Shown one piece after another: positions 11,576-24,277 of a stretch of DNA of 60,655 nt. The position numbers were made by a program, and so were the translations under genes. This DNA comes from Psammoneis japonica (lineage: Eukaryota): positions 1 through 60,655 of the forward strand of contig QPGO01000308.1 of assembly GCA_008632985.1 (NCBI GenBank). The letters run 5' to 3'. Numbering within the stretch: position 1 is the first letter of the stretch; every line of letters starts with the position of its first letter. The notes beneath the pieces are model-generated. The model saw only the letters and a list, made by a program, of their open reading frames with translations, had not been told where the DNA came from and made no database searches.

Positions 11576-13852
11576 TTATTGATTTTTCTTGGACAATTCC
11601 AAATCAATTCTTCTCCGGACATGTCCCAGATCGGCCGATACGGCCGCCCACCAAACGGCCACCACCAAGCACAGGACCATATTGGGTGAAATCCCAAACA
11701 GCGTTCCATGTTTGGAAATTTTCATCACGGCCTTGTCCATAAGTGACACCAAAAAGGCCGCCGATCCACCACCCCAACGATTGGCCAGCGTATCGACAAT
11801 GGGTTTCGCCTCGTACCGTGCTTCATTGGACAGTCCCCGCCAGAGCGATTCACGAACCGGTTTGGCCACGGCAAAGTTAATGACTTTTGTGCACTCGTCC
11901 AGCAATAAAAACAACAAGAGATTCGGTGGTTGTCCCTGTGAAAACAAATGCCACCACGCCAACGACGCGACCCCGACGAGTCGCAAAATGGGAATGAGTG
12001 CGAGCGTCCCACGTTGTCCACACGCATGAGCAATGTAGGGACCCATGCCGGATGCTTGCAACAAGAATACAGCCACGGATGAACAGATATTGATTCGAGC
12101 CAAAAAGGCTGTATCGTCCGTGGCGGAACCCGTATGATTGGAACGGTTCACCACGAGTTCGGCACGTTGAAAACTCAATAGCACCGACGTGGACGCAAAG
12201 AGCGCATTGTACGTGAAAATGGCCATTAACAGTCGTGACCGTAAAATGGTGGTAATGCCTCGAAGTAACCGTTGCGTAAAGGAATTGTCATTCATTTGTT
12301 CTTCAATCGACGGACCGGCAGTGCTGCTATTGTTGTTGCTGTTGCTACTGAATTGCATCGATTTGGATCGCACCATGTTGAGGGAATTCCCGGAAGCGAC
12401 TCGTTTCATGGATTCCATGGATTGCGATCGTTTCATGCTGGTATCCAACAAACTACCCAAATCCGTTGTGGACGGATGACGTCGTTCTTCTTCCCAATGA
12501 ATTTGCATAATACGTCCCAACTCGATCGAGAGTTGCGCTGACCATTCCAACAAGACACACGACACCACAAGCAGTCCCGACATGTTTAACAAATGCGCCG
12601 TGGTGGATGCAATTATAGATCCCAAGATTCCACCCATGGTTCCACCAAATCCCACCAATCCCAAAATTTGCAATCGCGTCTTGCTGCTGCCTTTTGTTTT
12701 GATGCCACGCCGTGTTTTGGCCAATTCTTCATACTCCATGGCTTCCGTCGTGACGCCCCAAACCAGACTCAACGAATGGAGCTTCATCAAGTGCACCACC
12801 AAAAAGAACGCCACATACATGAATTTGCCCAATGGGATCTTGGCGAGAATGAGTGAAATCCATGATACTTCTCCTCCTCCATCATCATTGCTATTGTTGT
12901 TGTTTCTGGAATTGAGTTCAAATCCCACCGCATAACACAATAGAGATACAGCAAAGAATCGATAAAACAGTGCCAAACTCGTTCCTTGTGTTTCACCTCG
13001 TGTCAATCCCATTTGTTTCCATAATTTTCGTCGTTTCGGATCGGGTGCTTCAAACAGCCATCCAATGGGAACCGAAGACACGATAGCCAATCCCGTCGAC
13101 GCCAAGGTCAAGGCGGGCATGTGTTTGACGCCCACTTGGAGTGCAATCGCATCGCGCATCGGTGACAACATGTAATTGGCACACGTCACCATGCCCAGCG
13201 CCCAAAATCCAATCCACGCAGCGCCCCAATTGTTGTTATTTTCGTTTTCTTGATTGTTATTTTTGCCATATAATAAAAACAATCGTGTCAATTGTTTCAA
13301 GAATTTCGTGACAACAAAACTCTGTTGTTCCAATTGTAATTCTTGACGTGCAAGTGAATTGAGGGAGGAAGTCGAAGACGAGGCTGCCATGGAAGAGGAT
13401 CGATTACTATTGGATTGAAAGAAACCCGGTGGAGGTAAATCGGAAATCGTGGATGGCTTACGATTGTGTAGAGCAGCCGCCATTGGCTTTTTTTCTTCTT
13501 GTTCGTCGTCTCGAGACAGTGACGAAGTGGTGCGTAGGAGAAATCCCGAAGCCGTGGGAGTCAACAAGTTGGTATTCCTAGCACGTGCATCATCTGTAGT
13601 ACTACTACTACCCGTATGATCCATGGTTGGAATCGAGTGATCGTCACTGTCATCCTCTTGACTTAGTTGTAGATAGACGGGATTGTCGGGAGATAAGGAC
13701 GAGAGCGATAAAGGAGATGTCAATACTGTTTGCTCTTCTTCTTCAGAGGGTTCTTGAATGCTGCCGCCGTCTTGCTTTTTTGGACTGTCCTCGAGCGTTG
13801 GTGGTGTGAGTCCGTTCAAGTGACCCATACTGGTTACTTCTGGTTTCACCAT
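11576..13852 (-). CDS. MFS transporter of the NTT/TLC (ADP/ATP carrier-like) family, 758 aa
   Basis: About 12 hydrophobic segments; NYMLSPMRDA and KPVRESLW..EARYEAKPIVDTLANRWG resemble Npt/NTT-like signatures; low-complexity N-terminus. Confidence 0.8.
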   Translation of the reverse strand: MVKPEVTSMGHLNGLTPPTLEDSPKKQDGGSIQEPSEEEEQTVLTSPLSLSSLSPDNPVYLQLSQEDDSDDHSIPTMDHTGSSSTTDDARARNTNLLTPTASGFLLRTTSSLSRDDEQEEKKPMAAALHNRKPSTISDLPPPGFFQSNSNRSSSMAASSSTSSLNSLARQELQLEQQSFVVTKFLKQLTRLFLLYGKNNNQENENNNNWGAAWIGFWALGMVTCANYMLSPMRDAIALQVGVKHMPALTLASTGLAIVSSVPIGWLFEAPDPKRRKLWKQMGLTRGETQGTSLALFYRFFAVSLLCYAVGFELNSRNNNNSNDDGGGEVSWISLILAKIPLGKFMYVAFFLVVHLMKLHSLSLVWGVTTEAMEYEELAKTRRGIKTKGSSKTRLQILGLVGFGGTMGGILGSIIASTTAHLLNMSGLLVVSCVLLEWSAQLSIELGRIMQIHWEEERRHPSTTDLGSLLDTSMKRSQSMESMKRVASGNSLNMVRSKSMQFSSNSNNNSSTAGPSIEEQMNDNSFTQRLLRGITTILRSRLLMAIFTYNALFASTSVLLSFQRAELVVNRSNHTGSATDDTAFLARINICSSVAVFLLQASGMGPYIAHACGQRGTLALIPILRLVGVASLAWWHLFSQGQPPNLLLFLLLDECTKVINFAVAKPVRESLWRGLSNEARYEAKPIVDTLANRWGGGSAAFLVSLMDKAVMKISKHGTLFGISPNMVLCLVVAVWWAAVSADLGHVRRRIDLELSKKNQ

Positions 13853-14229
13853 GGTGTTTGAATGAGACTCTAATGACGGTAGAAAGGCTTTTTACAATAC
13901 AACAGTCAATCCCAATGTTGTGCTATGCTTTGATTGCTTCAACAAGACCTGCTGCCCTTGAGCGTGCGAGGAGTGTGGGAGAGCTGCGTGGTGCAAAAAT
14001 CACAAAAAAAATTGCCGCCAGCGCGCTTATCGCAAACGGGTTGGAATTGGAATGGGCAATACTGTAGAAATGTACATACACTGTTCTACGTATATTTCTA
14101 CGGATTCCGTCGGAATCATCGACGTCATTCGACACGTCGTCCATAAACAATGGTCTGGCAGGAACCAATCAAAGAATGCCACGAGCATTCTTGCGAACAA
14201 TGTTAAGTAAAGATTACGTGTATTTTAAC

Positions 14230-16030
14230 GGTCGACATTCGGAGATTTCAATCGTGCCGCACCCCAACAGGATAGGGACAACACACAGGTGCCCCGATGT
14301 GTTGGCCACAGGCACAACAAAAAAGGGGGCATTTCAAGTGGTCATGTGTGTCCCACATCAGAGTGGTGTGTGTGGTTGGTTTTGCTCCCACTGTGAGTTG
14401 ATTGTCACAGCCAGCAGCATTTGGTGAGTGACAAAAAGTGCCTCAATGCTGCGCAGCGACTGGCAGAGCTGCTCTGCCCTGGGGCCACACACAGAAGCAA
14501 CGAGTTTTTTGCATGAAAAACAGCTGACACAGCCAGTTTTTGACAAAAGCTGGCTGGCGGCCCTCCTCTGACTCCCTCAGGCCCCCCAGCAGCACAGCAG
14601 ATTTTTGCAGTGGCTGTGTCATGATGCACACCACTTGCTGTGTTTTTTGTGCCCAAAACAGCTCTGCATCGGCAGCAAGAAAAAAAACAAACAGCAAAAG
14701 TTTGCTCATTTTTGGCCAGCTTGAAATGCTGAGCATGTCACACACAGACACAGCCACGATTGTCCTGTTTTTTCAGTGATCTTTTTTGTGCTCATTCTCT
14801 TGCCACCCAACACGAAGCAATTGAGAACGCAAGTGAGGAGAGGCCCAGTGCTGCTGCTTGCAACAACAAAAAAAAGCAGGAGGTGACTGCTCTTGCTGCA
14901 AAAACTGGGTTGGTGGGACCCTTGAAGCTCTTGCCACAATGGACATGTTGCAGCCACACTTGAACCAAAAATCGCACACACAAAAATGACACGTGCGTGC
15001 CATTTTCACATGGTCTCTAAATTGCGGACAAGCTTTCACCACCAAAAGCACAGATTCATCCAAAAACATCAAATGTTCTGCAATGCCAACAAAGCTCACA
15101 TGCGTGCTGCAGCGTCATTCTTGCTTTTGTGCCATTTGTGTTCTTTGTTGTGCCAAACAAATTGCAGCACCACAGATGATTTTTGGCAAAAATGTCAAAG
15201 ATTTGTGTTGATTTGGTGTTTGCATGAGCAGACATTGAAAACAATTGCTCATGATGTTTTCCAGTGGGTGCTCTGCATGCATGGGATTCTCCCCACCAAA
15301 TGTGCTGTTGCACAAAAACCGGCATTGAGTCTGCAAAGGGAATTTATGATGCATCATGTTCCATGAGAACTTGACACCCACAAAAATGCATGCTGCCATG
15401 ATCATCTGGACAAGCATTTTATGAAAATGCCCCATGCATGAGAGACACAAAGCTTGCCTTTAAAATGGATTGACATTTCATGCATCACCTGGGGCTGGAG
15501 CATGTCAATGCTGGGCCCAATTGCAGCAAGGTTGCCAAGGTTTGTTGCACACAACATGGGTTCCCAGAGCCCAGAGAGAAGAAATGTGTCTTCTTCTGGC
15601 CAGATGATCATGCACAGTCTGTGGCTGCAGAGGTTCTTGCCGACCATCAGACACACAGAGTGATTTTGTGCTTGTTTTCTTGTCCAACATGGAGTGAGCA
15701 GGCAACATGATGATGGCACTGCCACTTTCTTCCAGCCACTTTTGAGAAACAAGAGAGCAGAGCCAAAGAGAAGGTTTTTGGCGCTGGTTGTTGTTGTGTG
15801 ACCCCCAGAACAAGCTCGCCCCATGTGCTGGTGATGGGTCCAGACATCAACCAGGTCACCACAACACAATTTCTTTTGCAAGAACTTCACCCGTTGTTGA
15901 TCGAGAATGTTCTCCGCCTGAGCTGGCCTGACAGCGTCCGATGGTGCCTCCCACAAAGAATCCATCAAAAATCGGCGACGCGAAATGTCAATGTTGTTGT
16001 CCTTCCCGTCCTTCCAATCGGATGCAAGTC
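14230..16030. repeat. TpA-depleted tract (unidentified degraded element)
   Basis: TA nearly absent over 1.8 kb, CG also low; dense Cys/His-rich ORFs in all frames; TA-rich edges on both sides. Confidence 0.7.
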
Positions 16031-16438
16031 CCGTACAAAGTTTACTACCAGATGACATTGTACATTGGACACATGTTCGGTCGCGGATCATGTGATTCAA
16101 AAATACCTGAACTATAAGTGAACGTATAATGGACCCGAAATATAAACATACAGATTTATTAGATTTCAAATTTGAATCACCTTGCCCACGGGATTCAGAC
16201 ACCCGTTGTTGTTTTCAAAATATCCGATGGAGATGCCAAAAGAAACAACGCGCTCGTCTCACTATTTTGCAAGAGTCAACAAGTTGAGAAAGTTACAAAA
16301 AACAAACAAGGTAAAGCGCTATTCTGTCACGGTGTGCTCTCATGGACACGAGCGAGTGTCAACAACCAACGTTGTTTCTTACTTTGTGTTTGTTTTCTTT
16401 TCGTTCTCTCCATTATTTGCGCAAAGAATTCCAAAAAG

Positions 16439-16615
16439 ATGAAGTTCTCCATTATCTCCGCCGCTTGTATCTTTATGCTTGCCATTATTGGGAGCGCTGT
16501 TGCAGAGCCCGTTTCCTTGTCTGATGATAGATTGAAGAGGCGTCTGAGTAAGAGCAGGATCGCGGCTCCTCCTCCTCCTCGCTCAAGCAGCTCCAAGAAG
16601 AAGAACTTCAAATAA
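16439..16615 (+). CDS. Small secreted Ser/Lys-rich peptide precursor, 58 aa
   Basis: MKFSIISAACIFMLAIIGSAVA signal peptide, then RRL and SKSRIAAPPPPRSSSSKKKNFK; AATAAA about 100 bp downstream. Confidence 0.65.
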   Translation: MKFSIISAACIFMLAIIGSAVAEPVSLSDDRLKRRLSKSRIAAPPPPRSSSSKKKNFK

Positions 16616-17027
16616 TTGGTGCCTTGAAGCTCAGCACATTTGAACGACAGCGGAGATTATGGATTGTCTCATTACCATTTTGGTCACAAATGAATTCCAC
16701 TTTTACATACTTATCAATAAACTCTAGCGAGATACATGTTTCATGCCTTTGAAGATTGACTTGATTCTTGAGCGTGACGACACTCGGAGTGCAGTAGTCG
16801 TATGCATGACGTTTCGTCTTGTGTGTCTCTGTTATTGCTTGCGTTATTGTTGCATTTGTTTGTTTGAGTGAATCAAATCTCGTAGGGTACCTCTCGGGGC
16901 GTCACATTCTATGGTACTCTTTTTTGCTGTTGTTGCTTGCCTGCATCGCCACAGGAGGATGAGAAACGTTCCAAAGCAAGGATCCTGCTGCTCTCTTGAG
17001 AAGCTATGAAAAATAAATTTATAAGTC

Positions 17028-18717
17028 TTAGCCAATATCATTATTGCATCTTGCTATGATTTTGTTGTCGCACTCTTTTCCAAAGACAATCATCCACTCG
17101 GCGACGCACACGGCCACAATTGCATGGCCCACCAATAGCTTTCCCATTTGAGCATGCTTGGTATAAATGCAAGTACAACCACAAAGGCATGCTTGCTTGG
17201 TGTTTGCAGCAAGGGCAGCAAGACCCACGTGCAGCCCCCAAAGTGTTGTACCGAAACCTTGCCCGCTACCAAAAAGGGTAAAATGGGCAGGCACCACGAC
17301 AAATTTGGAAACTTTGGAATGAATCGTTGCAACAGTCTCGTGATTCCCTTCAGTATTTGAAACAAGCTATGAACAACCAAGACTAGAATTAGTACGGAAG
17401 CGAATCTCAAATGGCGTTGCTGTGAAACAAGTAGCCACGCCGACGATGTAGTGACAAGGATAGTTACAGGCCAAACATTCTGAAAAGTAGTGTCCTTGAA
17501 CCATTCATTCAAGGTCGCCATCACCAAGTACAATCCCAAAAGCATTTCCAAATGATACAGCATGGATGCTTCCATAATCAGAGAATGAAAAATGCCAACT
17601 GAATTCTAACCAGAGAAAACGAGCTGAGTGAGCGAGCCGAGAGAGGAACGAACCATAGAAGCCACAAAACACACAAGATACGCACTCGAAAATTCTCACG
17701 CATTTCTATTGCCTCTTTTACAAATTCCGTAGCATTCTTGTCGTGTACAGCGGTGGTATCATTCAGCACAATTCTTCGAACAACACTCAACACCTCTCGA
17801 CACCACACGATTGCCCTGTGATCCATTCCCAAATTATTTTCTGAATATTTGCGGTGTTCAAGAGACGTTGTCAAGAGCGTTGTTCCATAATAGTATGTAC
17901 AAGTATCTGCTGGAATTTGTTCATCTCTCAATCCCCCCGAAATGGAAATGATATTGTTGTTGTTGGGCGTGTTGGACAATTCTTGATACAAATCATGCAT
18001 GCTCTTGTCCAACCCATAGGGCAACGCGCTATGGGGCGTCGCCAGTGTAATAATGTGTTGGATTGCAAGTTCAGGATATGATTGGACTACTTTTCGTGCC
18101 ACGAGTCCGCCTAAAGAGTGAGCCACAATGTGGATCGAATCGTGATGAAACTAAAATATATCGAAAAAAGCAATTGAGAAACTGAGTACGTTCACAAAAT
18201 CATGACCAACTTCAGCATCAACAATAGCATACAGCACTTTCTCCTCACCTCTTGCATTAATTTCTCAATTGCACTTGCCGTGTAGTTTGCTTGTCGCCTG
18301 ACGTAATCTCCATGCAACCCCGTGGGTTCCTCATTGAAATCCACCGCATACACATTCATGATTGGAGTCGAGGTATTGTAGTTTGCCATTTTCTCGTTTC
18401 GGCCCACCAAATTCAATCCATGAGCTCCAATCGAACGTGCCTGCAAATGACTCGCGCCATGTCCTGGAATGTACAGAATCGTGGGTAACGATTGGGAAAC
18501 GGCACTCGCAACCTCTTGTCTGTGAACCGAAACAGTTTGTAATTATCTTCCTCGTCGTGAGAATGCTCCATGTCGATGAATTGATAGTGAGAATACGTCA
18601 TGGTGCACTCGTTTCCGTGAAACATTTTGTGAAATTGAGATATATCCATAACCATAGAGAGAAACGGCAAGAATGTGAATGAAAATGGCGACAACATGAC
18701 GATTGTGGAGCTTCATG
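17028..18717 (-). CDS. PGAP1: GPI inositol-deacylase PGAP1-like, with at least one intron (~18155-18250) and several apparent frameshifts
   Basis: ECTMTYS, ILYIPGHGAS, YAVDFNEE, IVAHSLGG (lipase Ser), ITLATPH, ISISGGLRD, MDHRAIVWC, then C-terminal TM segments; frames switch near 18620, 18490 and 17600; 3' end uncertain. Confidence 0.8.
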
Positions 18718-19241
18718 TCAATCATTGGCATGCGCCATGGTGTTGTGATGCTGCGGATCGGGATACGTCTCGCTTGTTGGTTTGTCTGTGGTAGGTTTAC
18801 CACACACGGAAGAACGGTTCACGAGCTCAGTCACGCCACGCACGCACTTCCGCGCGGATCCGCTCAACCCGCAGACGACCCATGACGGACGCTGCAAGTT
18901 TCTGACCGTTATGTCGGTTATAAGTTCTGGTATATTTCTACAGGTGTCAGTTGAACGAGTGACACTCGATTCGATGACGCACGTGCTTGGTACGGCTGTC
19001 ACGTGCAATGGACATAAATTTTCCTGCAATTTGATTGGCTGCATTTCCGGTAATGCGTAGAATGACTACCAATCGTTACAGAAAAGGCTCTGTTCGGTCA
19101 GAAAAAGTTTGGCCCTTCCACGAAGGATCGCCGGTGTCACACTTCAAGAGGTTGTTTGCTCTCAGCTTGCACTTGAACCACCAAGCTCAACCTCAACGTT
19201 GACGACGGCCTTTGATTTGAAACTTGCCTCCGACCTTTGTC

Positions 19242-21210
19242 ATGTCAACAACACCACCAACAACAGCTGCAGTAGCAGCTGCAACGACAACACCACCACC
19301 AGCCGCAGTAGCAACAGCGAGTACGGGTGACAATGGGTAAGTCGTATTCTCGACGGGAATTCTCATCACGAACGTCAGTGTGTCTGTGTTGGTACGTACT
19401 TACATGATCGTGTTGTTGTTGTTTAGTCTCCCATCACTGCTCGTCCAAGCGGCCCGTACCGCAGCTCAAGCCGATGGCGTTGCTGCAAAAACGGAAACTC
19501 CCACAACAGCCAATACGACTGCGACAAAGCCTCCACCCTCGGCTGGTACAGCGGCCTTTATCGCTTCCACTTCTCAACCACCGCCGCAGCAACGCAAGGC
19601 CCCACCTCCCAAGAAGAAGGGTCCCCCGTTGCGTCGTGGCAAGTGGACCCCCGAAGAAGAGCCTATGCCAATCGTTTGATTCAAGAATTCAAAGCCGGAC
19701 TACTCCCGCTCACGGACGGAACGACGCTTCGTACGTTTTTATCCAAGCTATTGAATTGCGATCCCATGCGCATCTCGAAAAAGTTTGTCGGAAGCAATTG
19801 TATCGGCAAACAAGTCTTTCGACGACGCACGGGTGACATGAACCGTCTTACTCCGGAACAGATTCAGCAGTCACGTGCCGAATTGAGTGAATTGGAACGC
19901 CGATTCTTGGAACGAGTCGCCCAAACCAATCGCGTTAAGAGCAACAACAGCGGAGTCGGTGGAGACAAAAAGGACTTTTTGCTCCCCCCCACGGCTGCTG
20001 CGGCGGCAGCGATTCAAGCACCACCGAGTCCTCCGTGGTTGCAACCACCCCTGGGCTACAAGCAAGGCACGGGAGCCACCATGGCGGCGGCTGCCGCGGC
20101 GGCAGCCAATAACCGTGCCGCCGCCGCGGGACGAGCCTTGCTGGCGGGACAAGCCACCTCGACACCGTCGTTGTTGGCTGCCGAATTGCAACGCCGGTCG
20201 GCGTCCAATTTGCTTCGCAAGGCGTCTGCGGCACGGCTTGCCGCGGCGGCGAGTAGCAATCCGTCCTCGGTTTCCAATCTCATGCAGGGCCTGTCACGAG
20301 ATCAACTCTCGCTCCTTTCGGGAGCAGCTGCTCGCAATGCGGCCTCCTCCAGTTCACTCACCGACATGATGGAACGCCAATCGTCCTTTGATGCACTCAT
20401 GAGTTTGGATTATCAATCTCTGCAGAGCATTGACAATTTGGCCAATTTGATTCAAACGGGACAAACGGCGGCTGCCGCGTCGAATCAAGACATGAAGAAT
20501 TGGAGTGCGGCTGCCGACGGTAGTAGCGCCAGTCGTTTAGCCAGTGCCGGGCGCATGGAGAGTCTCCTGAAGAGCTTGAGTAGCAATTCGAGTCAAAACT
20601 TGCTCGGAGCCGCCAATGCAGCCTCGGCATTGTCCTTGGCCAGCATGCTGCGGCCACACGATTCCAGCACGGGTCTGACGGCACTCCGCATGCAAGATGG
20701 ACTGGTACAACGCAATTCCTCCGTGGATGACTTTTTGTCTCTTGTAGCGTCGGGTGACATTCCTCATCAAGATCCAACTTTACTGAATATTCCACTACTA
20801 CAGCAACAACAGCAGCAACAAACCAATGCCCAAGCAGCGGCACAGTACTTGGCGCAACAACAGTTATTAGCTCAAGGTGCGTGTAGTGTGTTGTTTTTGT
20901 GGAAGTGTACGTTTTGTTTCACATTATTGACTCACACTGCTATCTCATTCTTTACCTTCCTCACTATACAGCCGCAAACAGTGGCAGCGCGGCCGCCTTG
21001 CAGAGTGCCTTTGGTTCGCTCTCCAATCTCCGTGCCAGTTCCTTGAGTAACTTGAGGAATGCGGCAGCCGTGGCGGCAGCAACCGCCGGAACAAACGCTG
21101 CCGCCGCAGCCACGGTTCAACAACGAGCAGCCGCCTTGGGATTGGATTCGGGTAGCAACAAGCGAAAAGCAACAGATCTACCGGATCAATCACCCGCCAA
21201 GAAGCGATAG
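19242..21210 (+). CDS. Stramenopile Myb-like (GKWT.EEE) putative transcription factor; introns 19337-19426 and 20877-20971; 1-nt frameshift near 19660
   Basis: LRRGKWTPEEE-AYANRLIQEFKAGLLPLTDGTTLRTFLSKLLNCDPMRISKKF; both introns GT-AG and frame-restoring; Ala/Ser/Gln-rich C-terminus. Confidence 0.8.
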
Positions 21211-21954
21211 TTTATTAGTAACTACTACATGCATGCATATTATGTGGGGAATTCATGTGTTTGTGCCAATTTGAGTGTTTGCATTTTGAAATATGGAACG
21301 AGCCACCGGACAAGAAAGCATTCTACTGTAATTTGTTATCGATATATTTCTAATAATATTGGGGTTGAAACGCATATGTAGATTGTTGTTTCTAGCAAAG
21401 CCCATTCTTCTCTACGGTTTTGATATCAATACCTGTTTGTAGTCTCTAGCAAGCGATGCTCTCTTCTTCCGTACAAACCGTTCTCTCCTTCGACTTTACC
21501 CATTTTCTTTGCGGCTTGTCGTAGCCATTCTCTTTTTGAATCCGCCTCTAGTCCAGAACGATAAGGCCTTTTCTGCAAACGTAGTTACAATACCTTTGCC
21601 GATCCGAAAGCGCAAAGGTACTATAATTCCAGACAGAGACTACAAGTATATGGTAGGTCATTGGACCGTGCGACCTAGTCTAACGAAAGCAGTCCTACAA
21701 ACACACAGTTTTAACGTTATAGTATTGGAGTGCGCATTCGTTGTATGAATGGTGCCTTCTGCTTCCCAAATCATTCTTTATATAGAAAGAGTTTTGCTTT
21801 GCGCCTTCAGTAAGAAACGTAGCTGCTGCAACTCAGAAGCACCTTTTCTATTTCCAACGACGTAATCTCTACCTCCCACTCTTCTTCATTACTCCTTGTT
21901 CAATCCATTCTCTCCTCCAGCCACTTGTAGTCGACCTTCATCTTTTCCTACTTG

Positions 21955-22310
21955 TTTCTTGAATCCCATTGGTCACACCCTGATCCGACACTTTGCACTG
22001 GACACCCCGATAATTGGTAATGTTCCCACCGGCATCCATCAAGGTGGCAATAGAGAATCGATTCAAAAAGGTCGTTCCATCGACACGATAATTCAACAGA
22101 CACGCCGACACGTCGGATCCTCCTTCAGTCGATCGACGAATCTTTTCCGCCGCCTTGGGGTCGGTCTCTTGTCCATGAAAGGAATCGACAATTGCGTCCC
22201 AACACTTGATCCAACGCGTATCCCGTGAGCTTCAAAAATACCTGTGTCTCATATTTATTCACGACAAAGCTTTGTTGTGCCATTTGCAAGGCCTTGACGA
22301 AACTAAAATA
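21955..22310 (-). pseudogene. AUREO1a: Degenerate aureochrome-1a-like LOV domain fragment (absent from the ORF track)
   Basis: Manual minus-strand translation: FSFVKALQMAQQSFVV..FLKLTGYALDQVLGRNCRFL/HGQETDPKAAEKIRRS...CLLNYRVDGTTFLNRFSIATLMDAGGNITNYRGVQCKVSDQ; internal deletion, one frameshift, no bZIP upstream. Confidence 0.85.
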
Positions 22311-22681
22311 GGTCGTTAGACGAAATTGTGTTCACTCTGATTAATCACGTGCAGAATTGAAGCCAATTCGGGGCATACAAAGCTCAACGAGACCTTGGTC
22401 AGGTATCCTCGTTTCCAAGTTCATCCTTCGACTCCGAGTAGCAACAAGCCTGAGAACTATTTGTGCAAAGCGGGTCAGTATTCGAGGATACTAAATTGCG
22501 TTTGCCGTGCACTGCAGCAGATTTTTGGGACCACAGCAGACCCACCAACAAAACATAGGGCTACGAAACTTCAACGACCATTTGAAATTTTCGCCAGCCA
22601 ATCGGATCTCAAGGAAGCCCACCTTCGCTCGCAAGCTCCATATCTTTCTTACAAAACGTTGACTTGGAAAAGCATCCAACC

Positions 22682-23935
22682 ATGTCATCCAAAGGTCAAG
22701 AAACGTTAGAGACCCTTCTGGGAACAGATTGGTTCTTAGCTTACATAGGACCCTATCTGTCTTTCGGAGACTTGCCAAGTCTTTGCGCATCCAGCAAAAG
22801 CTTGAACACTGTTGTGCGATCTTTGCTATCTTCATGGCCCGAGGATGTCAGAGTTCTTCTGAACAACTGGAACTACCGGTCTCGGCTTCTGCTTTTTGGG
22901 ATACATAGCGCCGTCATGCCACGAGATGAACCATTTAAGACCTCAACAATGCATCGGAACCCAGTCCCAATCGCTCAGTTTTCATTTGGATCACTTGGAT
23001 TTGACGGTGGAACTGACAAATTGATCGGGAACCCATGGAAAATTTTGACCGTCAATGGAAATTCGCCTGCTCTTGGACGTATTAGACCCATGGTCTGTGA
23101 AGCGGATGATGCGGGTTCCAACGTGTTTTACTGTGGAGGGCGACTTTCTGTGTCGAACCGAGACGAGAAGTGGCTCGAAGTGAGAGATATGAATCGACGC
23201 ACCTCTTCTGTTGCAGCCATTTTTGACGTCAAAACAGCTTCATGGAAATCGCTGCATCCAATGCCAGAAGCCAGGCACAATGCAGGCGTTTGTCGTATTG
23301 GATCGAGAATCTATGTTATTGGAGGTGAGCTGGAAGCTGACCTTTTCCGTCCAACTCGTTCTCTGCTTTGCTTCGATCTCGACCGACTGGAATGTGCAAA
23401 TCACAATCTTGAGGGGTTTCCTGGAGCAGCATACGGCGATTACGCAGTCGTAGCAAATAGCGTGAATTCTACCATTGTTGTAGCCGGTGGGAGTTTTATC
23501 AGCGAATGGCATGTCGAATACGGTGAATTGGTCGGTCGCTCTAGAGAAGCGTTCGCTCTGAACACTACGACTGGGACATGGACTAGACTTGCTGACTTGC
23601 CTGAGAGCATAGCTGAATCCAAGAACCTCCAGATATTTCTTCTTCAGGATGCTTCTCACGACGAGCCGAGTGTTTTTGCGGTTTGTTGTGAGGGGTTTGC
23701 TCGACTTCTACCCAGTGGAGAATGGGAAGCTGTTTCCCACCTTACGGGCCTTGGATGCGCTGCTGTTAAATTGGACTCATTCGAAAGCTTGATCTTCACT
23801 GGCGGTAGCTCGTGGAGGCGCCTTCCCCCTGAACATCCGGTACGGAAATCTGGTATTTATTGCTGCGACGCTTCTACTGGTGAACGTGTGCGTTTATTCT
23901 TGGGTGAGAATACCAAAATTTCAGTGACCAGGTAG
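22682..23935 (+). CDS. F-box-like/Kelch-repeat protein
   Basis: N-terminal IGPYLSFGDLPSLCASSKSL; Kelch-type FYCGG, MPEARHNAGVC..IYVIGG, IVVAGG, WTRLADLP. Confidence 0.75.
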   Translation: MSSKGQETLETLLGTDWFLAYIGPYLSFGDLPSLCASSKSLNTVVRSLLSSWPEDVRVLLNNWNYRSRLLLFGIHSAVMPRDEPFKTSTMHRNPVPIAQFSFGSLGFDGGTDKLIGNPWKILTVNGNSPALGRIRPMVCEADDAGSNVFYCGGRLSVSNRDEKWLEVRDMNRRTSSVAAIFDVKTASWKSLHPMPEARHNAGVCRIGSRIYVIGGELEADLFRPTRSLLCFDLDRLECANHNLEGFPGAAYGDYAVVANSVNSTIVVAGGSFISEWHVEYGELVGRSREAFALNTTTGTWTRLADLPESIAESKNLQIFLLQDASHDEPSVFAVCCEGFARLLPSGEWEAVSHLTGLGCAAVKLDSFESLIFTGGSSWRRLPPEHPVRKSGIYCCDASTGERVRLFLGENTKISVTR

Positions 23936-24277
23936 AAGTAGTTACAGTCCAGTTGTCGAGTAGGGACATGGACGGAATAATTACAGAGATCCCCGTTTGT
24001 GCTTGTTTGGATTGTTTTGAAAAATCGGTTGGAATCAGTACCAGCACACTCAGTCACACTAATAGAAACGCGTAAGTCAGCAGTCAAGCAAGGCGAGACT
24101 AACGCCTAACGTAAGGATCATCGTCATACACCAAAAAATAGCAAAAGATGCACCCGCCGCCGTCGCATTCGATGTCTGGTCAGCAGCGCTTCCCGGTCAT
24201 ATGAGGAACAATGTGGTTTGCCGCAAACGATCGGATAATTTCGTACTGTTCGTCCTCATCCACCATGTCAAGCAGGT

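Noticed and set aside
14176..16202. Dense overlapping Cys/His/Gln-rich ORFs here and in 25200-27000, 28900-30900, 39700-44500 and 48758-49810
   Set aside because: Loss of TpA removes TAA/TAG stops and Tyr codons, which opens frames artificially; no recognisable domains apart from the Copia remnants
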